Virus record (IMG/VR): IMGVR_UViG_3300020045_007008
Coordinates: 1-64,000 of that record
Origin: a virus
DNA: 64,000 nucleotides
Strand: one strand, 5' to 3'
In this document: positions 38,907 to 49,665 of the stretch, in pieces
How the letters are laid out: each line of letters opens with the position of its first letter
How positions within the stretch are numbered: the stretch's first letter is position 1
Notes under the pieces: generated by a model
The model's input: only the letters and a program-made list of their open reading frames with translations
Told to the model about the DNA's origin: nothing
Database searches by the model: none
Made by a program: the position numbers and the translations under genes

Positions 38907-39971
38907 ATGAAATTTAAAAAACAAGATTTAAAAAATATATTATCGATAGTTTGTCCTATTGCTAATAAAAATAATCTATTGCCGATATTGAGTAATATTT
39001 TTATCAAAGCAGAACAAGATAATATAAAATTTATTTCTAGCGATGGTGAAAATATAGTTGAATATACACAAGATGGCCAATATGAAACTGGTGAATATAT
39101 AATTAATTCAAAGACATTTCAAGATTATATTAATCTAATAACAAGTGATGATGTCGAATTAAATTTTAGTGAAAAATGTTCTATAAATAGTAAGACACAT
39201 AAGACAACTATTAATTTACAGAATAATGAAAAATATCCAAATTTATTAGAAAAGACAAATGGATTTGAATATGAAATTGATAGAAAAGAATTAATGAATA
39301 GTATTTCACAAGTATTATTTGCATCATCAACTAGTGATATAAAAATAGAATTATCTGGTGTAAATTTTAATTTCAAAGATATATTAATTTTAGCATCAAG
39401 TGATGGAATGCGATTAGCAGAAAAGAAAATAAATATAAGCGGTGATGAATTAAATATTATAGCACCATCTAAACTTTTGAATATATTATTAAATATATTA
39501 TCAAAAATAAATGATGATAAAATAAAAATTATTGCAAATCAAAATAGTATTTCATTTAAATCTAATAATGCATATATTTCATCGAGATTAATAAATGGTG
39601 TTTTTCCAAATTATTCTCCACTAATATCGAAAGAATTTAAAACAAATATTATTGTTGATAAGAATGATTTAATAAATACTATACAAACTAATGCATTATT
39701 TTCTTTAGATGGGACTATTAAATTAGATATAAATGAAAAATTATATATAGATACAGAATCATCGATGGGTAAAAATAAAAGTGAAATTGATATAATAAAA
39801 ACAGGAGAAAATAATAATATAAAATTTAATTATTTATATTTATTAGAAATAGTAGAAAATATAAAAAGTAATAGAATAATAATAGAAATGAATGATAGTA
39901 AATCGCCTGCTATTATTAAATCAGATATAGATGATAGATTTTTTTGTGTATTAATGCCAATGAATCAATAA
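38907..39971 (+). CDS. dnaN: DNA polymerase III beta sliding clamp
   Basis: LPILSNI, LSGV, ASSDGMRLA, SRLINGVFPNY, FNYLYL, VLMPM. Confidence 0.9.
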   Translation: MKFKKQDLKNILSIVCPIANKNNLLPILSNIFIKAEQDNIKFISSDGENIVEYTQDGQYETGEYIINSKTFQDYINLITSDDVELNFSEKCSINSKTHKTTINLQNNEKYPNLLEKTNGFEYEIDRKELMNSISQVLFASSTSDIKIELSGVNFNFKDILILASSDGMRLAEKKINISGDELNIIAPSKLLNILLNILSKINDDKIKIIANQNSISFKSNNAYISSRLINGVFPNYSPLISKEFKTNIIVDKNDLINTIQTNALFSLDGTIKLDINEKLYIDTESSMGKNKSEIDIIKTGENNNIKFNYLYLLEIVENIKSNRIIIEMNDSKSPAIIKSDIDDRFFCVLMPMNQ

Positions 39972-39974
39972 TTT

Positions 39975-42179
39975 ATGAAATATATAAATGGTTACACATA
40001 TAAGGACAAAATAATTCTCGAATACAAAGAAGATAATATAAAAAAACAAAAAGAAATAATAGATTTTAAATGGTATTTTTATATTAGAAAAGTTGATTTA
40101 TTGAAAATAGATTTAGATAAAATGAAGTCTTGTGGAATGATAGATGATTATATTATTGGAAATGAATATGTCAGATTATATTCTCAAAATTTAAATAATA
40201 ACTACGAACAAGATGCAAAGAAAGCAGTTTTAGAATATTTAAAAAAAGAAAATATAGAAACATTCGAATCTGATTTTGATAGTTTAAAAAGATATTGCAT
40301 TGATAATAGAATAGAAGTAGATGATGATTATGATATATTATATTTTGATATTGAAACTGATGATACAAATATTGGAATAAATATTGGTGCATATCCTATG
40401 TTAACAATGGGAGCAATTGATAATAAAGGTAATAAATTTTATTTTAATGATAAAAATGAGAAAATTCTTTTACATAATTGTTTAGAATTATTTAAAAGAT
40501 ATGATATTATTGCAGGATGGAATAGTTCTGGATTTGATTTACCATATATCAAAGAAAGGATGAAAGAATATAGATTACATTTCAATTGGGGAAGTGTTGC
40601 ACATATTGATATGATGAAACGATTCATATCTCTCTTTAATCTACCTAAAAATTCATTAAATTATGTTGCTGAATATTTTTTAAATGCAAGTAAATTAGAC
40701 CATAGTGGAAAAAGAATTATAGATATATATAATAAAGAACCGGAATTATTGAAAGAATATAATATGCAAGATGTACAATTATTGAAAGATTTAGATGAAA
40801 AGGTCGATTGTTTTAAATTAATGATAAAAGAAGCAAAGTGGTGTAATACTTTTATGAGTAATTTCTATGTTTCAGAATTATTAGATAATTATATTTTAAA
40901 GAATGCGAAAGAAAAGAATATTATATGCCCATCAAAAAAACAACAAGCAGATAATTTTCAATATGCTGGAGCAATAGTATTAGAACCTGACCGAGGATTA
41001 TATGATGATGTATATGTATTTGATTTTAGTAGTCTATATCCTAGTATTATAATGACATCAAATATTGGTTTTGATACATTGGATAAAAATGGACATATAA
41101 AGAACCCAGGCTCAGGATTTAGATTTTCAAATAAAAAGAAATCAATCATAAAAGAAACTATTGAAGGAATGATAGGAAAAAGAAAAGAATATAAAGATAA
41201 AAAATTAAAGATGATTGAAGAAGGAAAAAATAAAGGACCAGAATTTGAAACTATAGTTAGTAATGAATATGTTGTTAAAGCTCTTACTAATTCTATCTAT
41301 GGTATAATGGGAATGCAAACAAGTAGATGGTATTCAGTTGAAATAGCAGAATCAATCACAAAAATGGGGCAATGGATAATTACATTTACATTAAATTATT
41401 TTAATTCAATTGGCTTTAAAGTAATCTATGGTGATACAGATTCACTATTTATCTGTGATAATGAAAATAAAGATATTAAAAATAAAATGGAAGATATTTT
41501 AAAAGAATATCATAGAGTTTTAGAAGATGAACTTAAACAATATGGAATTTTAGAATCACATATTCATTTAGAAGACGACAAAACATTTAGTAGATTTTTA
41601 TTAGTTGATAAAAAAAATTATACTGGTATTGCTTCAAGCATAAACGGTAAAAAAACAAATGAACTATATACCAAAGGACTTGATTATATAAAAAGAAATA
41701 CAATTAAATATGCAAGTAATAAACAAGAAAAATTAATTAAACATATTTTATTTGATAATTATAATATTGATGATTGTATTTGGTTTATCGAAGAATGCCA
41801 AAGAGAAGTGATAGATGGTAAATTAGATATTGAAGATTTAATCATCAGAATGAAAATAACAAAACAACCAAAGGAATATGCGTCAAAATTACCACACGTT
41901 ATTATTGCCGAAAGAATTATAGAAAAGACTGGATATTTACAAAATTATGAAATTGAATATATTGTAAAAAATAGTGATATAAAAGAATATATAATGGTAG
42001 AAGAATATCAAGGCAAATATGATGAATATTTCTATTGGAATAATAGAATTTATAATTTATTAAAAAGAATATGTAATGTTGCATTTCCTGATGAAGATTG
42101 GGAAAGATTTTATATGCAAAAAATAAGAGAAAGAGCAGGTAGAAAGAAAGAACAAAATCAATTATTTTTACAATTTTAA
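39975..42179 (+). CDS. Family B DNA polymerase with 3'-5' exonuclease
   Basis: FDIET, GWNSSGFDLPY, YNMQD, DFSSLYPSII, KALTNSIYG, YGDTDS, KKNY. Confidence 0.95.
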   Translation: MKYINGYTYKDKIILEYKEDNIKKQKEIIDFKWYFYIRKVDLLKIDLDKMKSCGMIDDYIIGNEYVRLYSQNLNNNYEQDAKKAVLEYLKKENIETFESDFDSLKRYCIDNRIEVDDDYDILYFDIETDDTNIGINIGAYPMLTMGAIDNKGNKFYFNDKNEKILLHNCLELFKRYDIIAGWNSSGFDLPYIKERMKEYRLHFNWGSVAHIDMMKRFISLFNLPKNSLNYVAEYFLNASKLDHSGKRIIDIYNKEPELLKEYNMQDVQLLKDLDEKVDCFKLMIKEAKWCNTFMSNFYVSELLDNYILKNAKEKNIICPSKKQQADNFQYAGAIVLEPDRGLYDDVYVFDFSSLYPSIIMTSNIGFDTLDKNGHIKNPGSGFRFSNKKKSIIKETIEGMIGKRKEYKDKKLKMIEEGKNKGPEFETIVSNEYVVKALTNSIYGIMGMQTSRWYSVEIAESITKMGQWIITFTLNYFNSIGFKVIYGDTDSLFICDNENKDIKNKMEDILKEYHRVLEDELKQYGILESHIHLEDDKTFSRFLLVDKKNYTGIASSINGKKTNELYTKGLDYIKRNTIKYASNKQEKLIKHILFDNYNIDDCIWFIEECQREVIDGKLDIEDLIIRMKITKQPKEYASKLPHVIIAERIIEKTGYLQNYEIEYIVKNSDIKEYIMVEEYQGKYDEYFYWNNRIYNLLKRICNVAFPDEDWERFYMQKIRERAGRKKEQNQLFLQF

Positions 42180-42256
42180 AAAATAAAATTGTGGATAACT
42201 TTTCAGTACATTAAAATAATCACTAATATTAAAGTAAATTAAATACATTTTAATAC

Positions 42257-42285
42257 TTGACCAATTCTATATAATATTATATAAT
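42257..42285 (+). promoter_or_regulatory. Sigma70-type promoter with upstream DnaA-like box (42190-98) and ATCACTAATATTAAA (42219-33)
   Basis: TTGACC-17-TATAAT. Confidence 0.8.
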
Positions 42286-42316
42286 TATAATATAAGAGAT
42301 AAGTAATAAAAAATGT

Positions 42317-42622
42317 ATGAAAAAAATAACAAGAGCAACATTAAAAAGTTTTATCAAAAGAGAACACAAGAATAATAATTTATTTGTAAAGACTAAATCA
42401 AGTTTTGATGGTATGGTAGATTGTGTTATGGCTACTTCAGATGATTTTAGAAAAGTAGAAGAAATAAATTTTGATGATAGTCATACATTAGGTCTAAAAG
42501 GATTATGGTTAGTAGGAGAAAGTAGAGATTATATTACAGAATATTCAGATGATAATTATATTGGATATTATATTTCTAATTGCTGTGGTTCGTCAATCGT
42601 AGCAATGAAAAGATTATTTTAA
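42317..42622 (+). CDS. Hypothetical phage protein
   Basis: First ORF after the promoter; SFDGMVDCV...WLVGESRD...NCCG. Confidence 0.65.
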   Translation: MKKITRATLKSFIKREHKNNNLFVKTKSSFDGMVDCVMATSDDFRKVEEINFDDSHTLGLKGLWLVGESRDYITEYSDDNYIGYYISNCCGSSIVAMKRLF

Positions 42623-42633
42623 AATATAAAAAT

Positions 42634-42813
42634 ATGATAACTAAAGAAAAATTTTTATCTTATGAAGCGGTTAGAGAAGATGGAATGACAAATATGTTTG
42701 ATATTAAAAAAGTGATAGAATTATCTGAAATATATTATGGAATAGAATTAACTAGAGAAGATATTACAGAAATAATGAAAAATTATAAAAAATTTAAAGA
42801 ACAATATCTATAA
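42634..42813 (+). CDS. DUF5049-like small protein
   Basis: VREDGMTNMFD motif; ATG at 42634. Confidence 0.6.
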   Translation: MITKEKFLSYEAVREDGMTNMFDIKKVIELSEIYYGIELTREDITEIMKNYKKFKEQYL

Positions 42814-42817
42814 AAAT

Positions 42818-43060
42818 ATGAAATTATATAAATTTATTAGACCCCAGAGTGAGCAAATTATAGAAGAAGTCAGAGCAGAAAATCATATTGAAGCAGTTCA
42901 AAAAGCAATTAGTCCAATGATAAATACCTCTACAGATTTTTATACTGAAGAATTAGATATTAGAGATGATGAATTTTTTAGAGAACTAGCCACAGATGCA
43001 ATGTTAGAAATTGGATTGACAGAAGATGAATCAGAAAGAATGTTAGAAGATTTATTATAA
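42818..43060 (+). CDS. Hypothetical protein
   Basis: ORF in operon. Confidence 0.55.
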   Translation: MKLYKFIRPQSEQIIEEVRAENHIEAVQKAISPMINTSTDFYTEELDIRDDEFFRELATDAMLEIGLTEDESERMLEDLL

Positions 43061-43065
43061 AATAT

Positions 43066-43521
43066 ATGTATCAAAAAGATGTAATACAATTATATAAAGA
43101 ATTAAGTAAAAAATATAATTGTGATTATAGACTTGAATTTAATAATAGAAAAACAGTTTTAGGCTCTTGCAATTATAATAAAAAAGTTATTTCATTATCT
43201 AAACCATATATAGAATCAAATAAAGATGAAGTAATTAAAAATACAATATTACACGAAATAGCTCACGCATTGACAAAAAGTGGGCACGATAAAAAATGGA
43301 AATTAAAATACATAGAAATTGGTGGAAATGGAAATAGAGTAAATTATGAAGCAGTTATAAAATATAAATATATTGCTACCTGTCCTGAATGTGGATATGA
43401 AACTGAATATAATAAAAGACAAAGCGTAGCGTGCCATAAATGTTGTGTGAAATATAATAATGGTAAATTTTCAAATAAATATATTCTAATATTTACTGAA
43501 AATAAAAATATAAAGTTATGA
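43066..43521 (+). CDS. SprT-like zinc metalloprotease
   Basis: LGSC, ILHEIAHA, GHD..WK, CPEC. Confidence 0.85.
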   Translation: MYQKDVIQLYKELSKKYNCDYRLEFNNRKTVLGSCNYNKKVISLSKPYIESNKDEVIKNTILHEIAHALTKSGHDKKWKLKYIEIGGNGNRVNYEAVIKYKYIATCPECGYETEYNKRQSVACHKCCVKYNNGKFSNKYILIFTENKNIKL

Positions 43522-44045
43522 ATTATAATGAAAAAGATATAAGAGAATTTTTAAGTGAATCAAATAAGATAGAACGAGAATATTCAGAACAGGCATTTGA
43601 AGATGCAATTTTAGCTTGGAAATATGCATATAAATATGCGATACCGTTTAAAATTAAGGGACTTCAAAGTACAAAATATATTTTAAAAATACATAGATTA
43701 TTATGTCAGAATATAAGACCAGATATCGCTGGTAAGTATAGAGATTGTGATGTTTGGATAGGTGGAGAAATAAAAAGATTTATAAGCAGAAAATTTTTAG
43801 AAGATGTTACTCAAGGTTGGATTAATACTATAGATATAAATCAAACAAAAAAATTAACAAAAAAGAAAAAAGAAGAAAAAGTAAAAGAATGGCATATTGG
43901 ATTTGAGAAATTGCACCCATTCGAAGATGGTAATGGCAGAACAGGAAGAATATTATACAACATTCATAGATTATTATTAGATTTACCAATACATATAATT
44001 CATACTGGAGATGAACAGTTAAATTATTATCGATGGTTCAAATAA
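43518..44045 (+). CDS. Fic-domain protein (AMPylase family)
   Basis: HPFEDGNGRTGR; ESNKIE. Confidence 0.9.
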   Translation: MNYNEKDIREFLSESNKIEREYSEQAFEDAILAWKYAYKYAIPFKIKGLQSTKYILKIHRLLCQNIRPDIAGKYRDCDVWIGGEIKRFISRKFLEDVTQGWINTIDINQTKKLTKKKKEEKVKEWHIGFEKLHPFEDGNGRTGRILYNIHRLLLDLPIHIIHTGDEQLNYYRWFK

Positions 44046-44570
44046 ATGGATAATAAAGTTTGGATTATAACCGATACACATTTCAATCACAGAAAGATGG
44101 TAGAATATTGTACTAGGCCAGAAAATTTTGATGAGCTTATTTGGAAAAGATTGAAAATAATTAATGAAAATGATTTATTAATTCATTTAGGTGATATTTG
44201 TATTGGTAAAGATAATGAAGTTCACGCGCATCTAAATGGTTTATTAAGATGTAAAAAAATATTAGTCAAAGGAAATCACGATAAGAATAGTAATAATTGG
44301 TATTTAAGAAATGGTTGGGATTTTGTTTGTAATACATTTAGTGATTATTACTTTGGTAAGAATATATTATTTAGTCATATTCCACATAAAGATATTGGTT
44401 ATGATATAAATATACACGGTCATTGTCATACTACACCGAGGACAAAAGATAACAATCCCGATATGAATGATAAACAGATATTATTAGCTATTGAAAATAC
44501 AAATTATCAACCAGTTTTATTGAATACTTTAATAAGTTCATATATTAAAAATTATGAAAATAGAAGATAA
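44046..44570 (+). CDS. Metallophosphoesterase
   Basis: DTHFNH, HLGD, GNHD, SHIP, HGHCH. Confidence 0.88.
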   Translation: MDNKVWIITDTHFNHRKMVEYCTRPENFDELIWKRLKIINENDLLIHLGDICIGKDNEVHAHLNGLLRCKKILVKGNHDKNSNNWYLRNGWDFVCNTFSDYYFGKNILFSHIPHKDIGYDINIHGHCHTTPRTKDNNPDMNDKQILLAIENTNYQPVLLNTLISSYIKNYENRR

Positions 44571-44696
44571 GATAAAAGAAGAATTATTGAAATTGAAAAT
44601 GAATAAAAATAATTTAGGATATCTTGGAGAATTATCAGAAAAGCATAAAGCAATAAATAGAACAATATATAAAGCTATAAAAATTATAGATAAGAT

Positions 44697-45320
44697 ATGT
44701 CAACAATCAAAACTAGAAAAGAAAAAGGAAAAAAATTAGAAAATTGGATTTCAGATAGAATGATGGAAAAGAGATTAGGTATTGCAAGTAAATCTCCTGG
44801 AAGTGGAAGTGGTACAAGAGAAAAGGCAGATATAGTTAATTCAGTTATAATAGTAGAAAGAGAAACAAAAGAAAAAAGAGGATTAGGTATAGAAGCAAAA
44901 AATCACAAAACACCACATATACGAGAATGGTGGGAACAAACATTGAAATTAGAAACAGGAGATTCAAATAGAATTCCAGTACTAGTCTATAAATTAGAGG
45001 GAGAAAAATATTTTGATAGTAAAGCAGTTATAAGATTAGAAACATTTTTAGATTTAGTAAAAGATAATTGTGAGTTATATGGAAATTTAAAACAACTAAC
45101 AGAACAATTAGATAAAAGTGAAGAATGGAAAAGTGAAAGTATGAAAAATAAATTAAATAATTGTTTAAATATGATTGAACTTGGTAGAAATAAATTAATG
45201 AGTAATAGTAAAGTAGAAAAGATAGAAGATTGGAATAATTATAATATGCAGAATGGAAATGAATATCTTAAGAAATCCAAAACAATAATAAAAGACTGTA
45301 TAAATTTAATTGAAAAATAA
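44697..45320 (+). CDS. PD-(D/E)XK nuclease, Holliday-junction-resolvase-like
   Basis: KGKKLE, PGSG, ADI, IEAKN, WWEQ. Confidence 0.7.
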   Translation: MSTIKTRKEKGKKLENWISDRMMEKRLGIASKSPGSGSGTREKADIVNSVIIVERETKEKRGLGIEAKNHKTPHIREWWEQTLKLETGDSNRIPVLVYKLEGEKYFDSKAVIRLETFLDLVKDNCELYGNLKQLTEQLDKSEEWKSESMKNKLNNCLNMIELGRNKLMSNSKVEKIEDWNNYNMQNGNEYLKKSKTIIKDCINLIEK

Positions 45321-45448
45321 TATGAAAATAAATCTAAAGATTAGTTTCTTATTAGCGATGATATTATCTTGGTTTTTCTTTGATTGGAAAATAGCACTGA
45401 TTGTTTCTTTATTTGTAATGGATTTTAAATATACTAATATAAAATAAT

Positions 45449-45841
45449 ATGACAAAGACATTAACAATAAATTTACCACAATCATTTGTTTCTGCTTTAC
45501 ATAGAAGACATCATGGAGTAGAACACACTGAAGAAGAAATACAGAAAAAATTTAAACATATTACAGAATTATATAATGGTTATAAAAAATCGGTAAACAG
45601 TCTTAATAAATTATGGGAATTTTGGAATAGAGAAAATGTTGAGAGTTATTTTAAAAGGCCAAAATGGTATAATGCACATTCGAGAAGAAGGAAATTAGAA
45701 GAAAAAATAAAAAGATATCATGAATATATGTTTAGCACATTGACTTCTTTTGATGGTAATAGTGGCCAATCATTTTCAACTTTTCATTGTATTTCGCCAG
45801 AAGAAATATATGAAGATTTTTTAAAAAAATATATAAAATAA
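45449..45841 (+). CDS. Hypothetical protein
   Basis: ORF in operon. Confidence 0.55.
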   Translation: MTKTLTINLPQSFVSALHRRHHGVEHTEEEIQKKFKHITELYNGYKKSVNSLNKLWEFWNRENVESYFKRPKWYNAHSRRRKLEEKIKRYHEYMFSTLTSFDGNSGQSFSTFHCISPEEIYEDFLKKYIK

Positions 45842-45842
45842 T

Positions 45843-46136
45843 ATGACAGATAAAATTTTATCTTTAGGGGTGATGTATTATGGAAAGGTTAAGATAATTA
45901 AGAGTAAAGATAATATAGAATTAGTTCAAATACCAGGACAAAGTTGGTCTAATCAAGGATTTAAACATTATTCAACACCATTATTTATCATACATAATAA
46001 TAAAGAAGAATTATTTTCAGTTGAGTATGATAGAAAAACAAGAAAAGAAGCAATAAAAATTGCAGATTTACATTTTGATAAAATATTAAATAATATAAAA
46101 TTTGATAGAAAAGTAATAGATTTAAAAAATTATTAA
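45843..46136 (+). CDS. Hypothetical protein
   Basis: ORF in operon. Confidence 0.55.
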   Translation: MTDKILSLGVMYYGKVKIIKSKDNIELVQIPGQSWSNQGFKHYSTPLFIIHNNKEELFSVEYDRKTRKEAIKIADLHFDKILNNIKFDRKVIDLKNY

Positions 46137-46140
46137 AAAT

Positions 46141-47430
46141 ATGTTAAGTATCTCAAAAACAGCCAATTCAAATTATCTTGCTAAAATAGTAAAAATAAAG
46201 AATTTAAGAAAACATAATAATGCAGATAGACTACAAATAACAAGTATTGATTTTCAAGATGTTATTGTTGGATTAGATGCAAAAGAAGGAGATATCTATT
46301 GTTTTTTTCCATTAGAGTGCCAAATAAATAAGAATTTTTTGTCATTTACCAATTCATTTAGGCATAGTGAATTAAATCAAGATAAAGAAAAAGTTGGATT
46401 TTTTGAAGATAATTGTAGAGTACGAGCAGTAAAATTAAGAGGAGAAAAGTCAATGGGATATATAGTTCCAATTGAAGAATTAGAAAAATTCATTGGAAAA
46501 GATTTAAAAGATTATATTGATGAAGAATTTGATACTGTTGATAATATTTTATTATTACAAAAATACATAATAAAGACTAGAGAATCTAATATCACCAATG
46601 GTAAAGGAAGGAAGCTAAAAATATCAAGACTAGTAGAAGGACAAGTTAGATTGCATGTTGATACTGAAAATTTAAGAAAGAATGCTTTTAAAATCAATCC
46701 AGAAGATGAAATTACTATTACATATAAAGTTCATGGGACATCTTGGTGGGTAAGTAATTTATTAGTAAAGAAAAAATTAAATTTATTTTATAAGTTTTTA
46801 AAACTAATTGGAATTAAAATTATAGATAAAGAATATGATTATATCTACGGTTCAAGAAAAGTCGTAAAAAATGAATATGAAACATCAGGAAAACAACATT
46901 TTTATGATACTGATATTTGGGGAGAAATAAAGGAAGAAATAAAAGAATTTATTCCAAAAGGATATACTATTTACGGTGAATGTTTAGGATATACAAAAAG
47001 TGGAAGTGAAATTCAAAGTAAATATGACTATGGTTGTAATGTAGGAGAAAAAAGAATTCAGATATATAGAATTACCTTTACTAATGAAGATGGAGTAGTT
47101 AATGATTTATCTTCAAAACAAATAAAAGAATTTTGCGATAGATTTGGATTAGAATATGTACATATATTTTATATGGGATTAGCAGGAAACTTATATCCAG
47201 AATTAAACTTAAATGAACATTGGCAAGAAGAATTCATTAGAAGATTGGAGAAAGATTACAATGACAAAAATTGTTTTATGTGTAAAAATGAAGTACCAGA
47301 AGAAGGAATAGTATTGAGAAAAGAAACACTATTTTATTTTGAAGCATATAAATTGAAGTCTTGGAAATTTCTTGAGTGGGAATCGAAGGAATTAGATAAA
47401 GGAGAAGTCGATATAGAAAGTAATAATTAA
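46141..47430 (+). CDS. RNA ligase (Rnl2 / DRB0094-like) with N-terminal OB-fold
   Basis: HNNADRL...KLRGEKSMG N-domain; motif I KVHGTS, YGE, EGIV, YKLKS. Confidence 0.85.
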   Translation: MLSISKTANSNYLAKIVKIKNLRKHNNADRLQITSIDFQDVIVGLDAKEGDIYCFFPLECQINKNFLSFTNSFRHSELNQDKEKVGFFEDNCRVRAVKLRGEKSMGYIVPIEELEKFIGKDLKDYIDEEFDTVDNILLLQKYIIKTRESNITNGKGRKLKISRLVEGQVRLHVDTENLRKNAFKINPEDEITITYKVHGTSWWVSNLLVKKKLNLFYKFLKLIGIKIIDKEYDYIYGSRKVVKNEYETSGKQHFYDTDIWGEIKEEIKEFIPKGYTIYGECLGYTKSGSEIQSKYDYGCNVGEKRIQIYRITFTNEDGVVNDLSSKQIKEFCDRFGLEYVHIFYMGLAGNLYPELNLNEHWQEEFIRRLEKDYNDKNCFMCKNEVPEEGIVLRKETLFYFEAYKLKSWKFLEWESKELDKGEVDIESNN

Positions 47431-47448
47431 TAATTTAAAATTAATATT

Positions 47449-47790
47449 ATGAATATAAAAAATGGAGATGTGTGCTTTTCACTTGATGGAGAACATTTTA
47501 ATGATGATTGGGAAAGAATAGAAGAATTAAAGAGTGGAGAAAAATATTATAAAGCAATTACTAGAGAAATTAGATTAGAAGATTTAATTGATGTAGATAG
47601 TATATTGGAATATATGCAAGAAAGAGCGGGTGAAGAATGTGGTGATGCGTCAGAAGATTATCTTATGGATTTGTTTGGAAATCAAAAACATAAAGATGAG
47701 CTATTAGATTTAATATGTAATTGGTTTAAATTAAAAGAATATCAACCAAATTTCTATGCTGTGGATGATATTGAGGAATTAATTAAATAA
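47449..47790 (+). CDS. Hypothetical acidic protein
   Basis: ORF in operon. Confidence 0.55.
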   Translation: MNIKNGDVCFSLDGEHFNDDWERIEELKSGEKYYKAITREIRLEDLIDVDSILEYMQERAGEECGDASEDYLMDLFGNQKHKDELLDLICNWFKLKEYQPNFYAVDDIEELIK

Positions 47791-47792
47791 AT

Positions 47793-48020
47793 ATGATTTA
47801 TTTTTTCACATCAAAAAAAGATACAAATTGTAAATTAATGAAACCGATAATAGATAGACTACAAAGAAAATACATTATTGAAATCATAGATATAGATGAA
47901 CATAGAGAACTGGTTAAGAATTTTGAGATAAAAGAATTACCAACATTAGTAAAACGAAATGGTAGATTATTCGGTATAGCATCAAAACAAAAGATAGTAG
48001 AATTTTTAAATAGTAATTAA
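47793..48020 (+). CDS. Thioredoxin-like protein (degenerate CxxC)
   Basis: DTNCKLMKP, IDIDE, LPTLV; first Cys is missing. Confidence 0.6.
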   Translation: MIYFFTSKKDTNCKLMKPIIDRLQRKYIIEIIDIDEHRELVKNFEIKELPTLVKRNGRLFGIASKQKIVEFLNSN

Positions 48021-48106
48021 AAATATGAATTTATTAAAATGTATTATTGTAGGAATTATTCTTGATGTCTTAATGATATTATGGATTATTCATTTAGCAA
48101 ATTAAT

Positions 48107-48307
48107 ATGAAAAAATTAATAGTATTTATTGTATTATTTTATCAGTTCGCCTCTGGTTATTGGATATTTGGGTTTTCTATCCCGCGAGTGACATCTATCG
48201 CTATAGACAGCAATGGTCAATGTGTAAAATGGGAAGGAGAACAAAGACAATGTACTATTGACGAAATATATATGATGAATAATCTTTACAAATTATATGA
48301 AGAATAA
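48107..48307 (+). CDS. Small membrane/secreted protein
   Basis: MKK followed by a hydrophobic N-terminus. Confidence 0.45.
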   Translation: MKKLIVFIVLFYQFASGYWIFGFSIPRVTSIAIDSNGQCVKWEGEQRQCTIDEIYMMNNLYKLYEE

Positions 48308-49145
48308 AATATTAGTACTAAAAGGACTCCCAGCTTCAGGTAAAACGACATTTGCAAAAAAGTTGATTAATGAAGAAAAGAATTGGAAAAGAATAAATAA
48401 AGACGATTTAAGAGCAATGATTGATAATAATATTTGGAGTAAAGACAATGAAAAACTTATCTTAAAAATAAGAGATAATATTATTATTGATTGTTTAGTA
48501 AATAAATATAATATTATTATTGATGATACTAATTTTGCAGAAAAACACATTAATCGAATAAATGAAATTGCAGATAGACTTGACGTTGAAGTAGAAGAAA
48601 AGTTTTTCGATATTCCAGTAAATGAATGTATTAAAAGAGATTCGGAAAGACCCAATCCAGTAGGAAAAAAAGTCATAATGAATATGTATAATACCTATTT
48701 AAAAAAAGAAATACCACCAGTAAAATGGATAAGTAAAAGAAGAACTGCTATAATATGTGATATAGATGGTACATTGGCAAAAATGAAAAATAGAGGACCA
48801 TTTGATTGGATGAAAGTAGAGAATGATGAATTAAATAAACCAGTTGCTGATATATTAGAAAAATATCAAGATAGTGTAGATACAATTCTTTTAAGTGGTA
48901 GAGATGGAATATGTAGAGAACAAACAGAACAATGGTTAGCTGATAATAATATAAAATATACTTGTCTTTTTATGAGAGATATTGATAATAATGAAAAAGA
49001 TAGTATAATAAAAGAGAGAATATATAGAGAAAAAATAGAATCATTATATAATATTTTATTTATTCTCGATGATAGGACTCAAGTAGTAGAGATGTGGCGT
49101 AATTTAGGATTAACTTGTTTTCAAGTAGCAAATGGCGATTTCTAA
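48297..49145 (+). CDS. pseT: Polynucleotide 5'-kinase / 3'-phosphatase (T4 PseT-like)
   Basis: GLPASGKTT, DDLR, DDTN; HAD domain CDIDGTLA, SGR, DDRTQVV. Confidence 0.93.
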   Translation: MKNKILVLKGLPASGKTTFAKKLINEEKNWKRINKDDLRAMIDNNIWSKDNEKLILKIRDNIIIDCLVNKYNIIIDDTNFAEKHINRINEIADRLDVEVEEKFFDIPVNECIKRDSERPNPVGKKVIMNMYNTYLKKEIPPVKWISKRRTAIICDIDGTLAKMKNRGPFDWMKVENDELNKPVADILEKYQDSVDTILLSGRDGICREQTEQWLADNNIKYTCLFMRDIDNNEKDSIIKERIYREKIESLYNILFILDDRTQVVEMWRNLGLTCFQVANGDF

Positions 49146-49146
49146 C

Positions 49147-49218
49147 GCCCAGGTGGCCAAATTGGCTAGGCGATAGACTGCAAATCTATTAATGGAGGTT
49201 CGAGTCCTCTCCTGGGCT
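49147..49218 (+). tRNA. tRNA-Cys(GCA), CCA not encoded
   Basis: Acceptor GCCCAGG/CCTGGGC; anticodon arm ATAGA-CTGCAAA-TCTAT; GGTTCGAGTCC. Confidence 0.93.
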
Positions 49219-49386
49219 CAATATAATTAATAATATAAAAATATGCTTGTTCAATGTGAAGTTTGTAATAAATCATTTGATGCTAAAGATGATAGTATTC
49301 CAGTATGTGATGAATGTTTAGAGCTTAATTCAAGGGAGTATTGGGAGCAAGCACTATTTGATGAGTTTGATTATTAAATTTAACAT

Positions 49387-49665
49387 ATGAAAAAAATATT
49401 AATTATATTGACGATACTAGTAATATTATATTTACTATTAATACCAGTTAATGCGGACGAACCAAAACAAATGAATATTACTATTTCTGAATATCCAGAA
49501 AAGACATTAACAATATCACAGAGTTTTGAAATGACAGCTAATGTACCAAAAAGTGACTATTATAAATGTTTAGATGTTTGTTTCTGTGATGATAGCCCAG
49601 ATATGGATGAAAAACAATGTAGGGATATTTGTAAAATTTATTGTTATAATACTTATGTTAAATAA
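49387..49665 (+). CDS. Secreted/membrane Cys-rich protein
   Basis: Signal-like N-terminus; C-terminal Cys cluster. Confidence 0.55.
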   Translation: MKKILIILTILVILYLLLIPVNADEPKQMNITISEYPEKTLTISQSFEMTANVPKSDYYKCLDVCFCDDSPDMDEKQCRDICKIYCYNTYVK

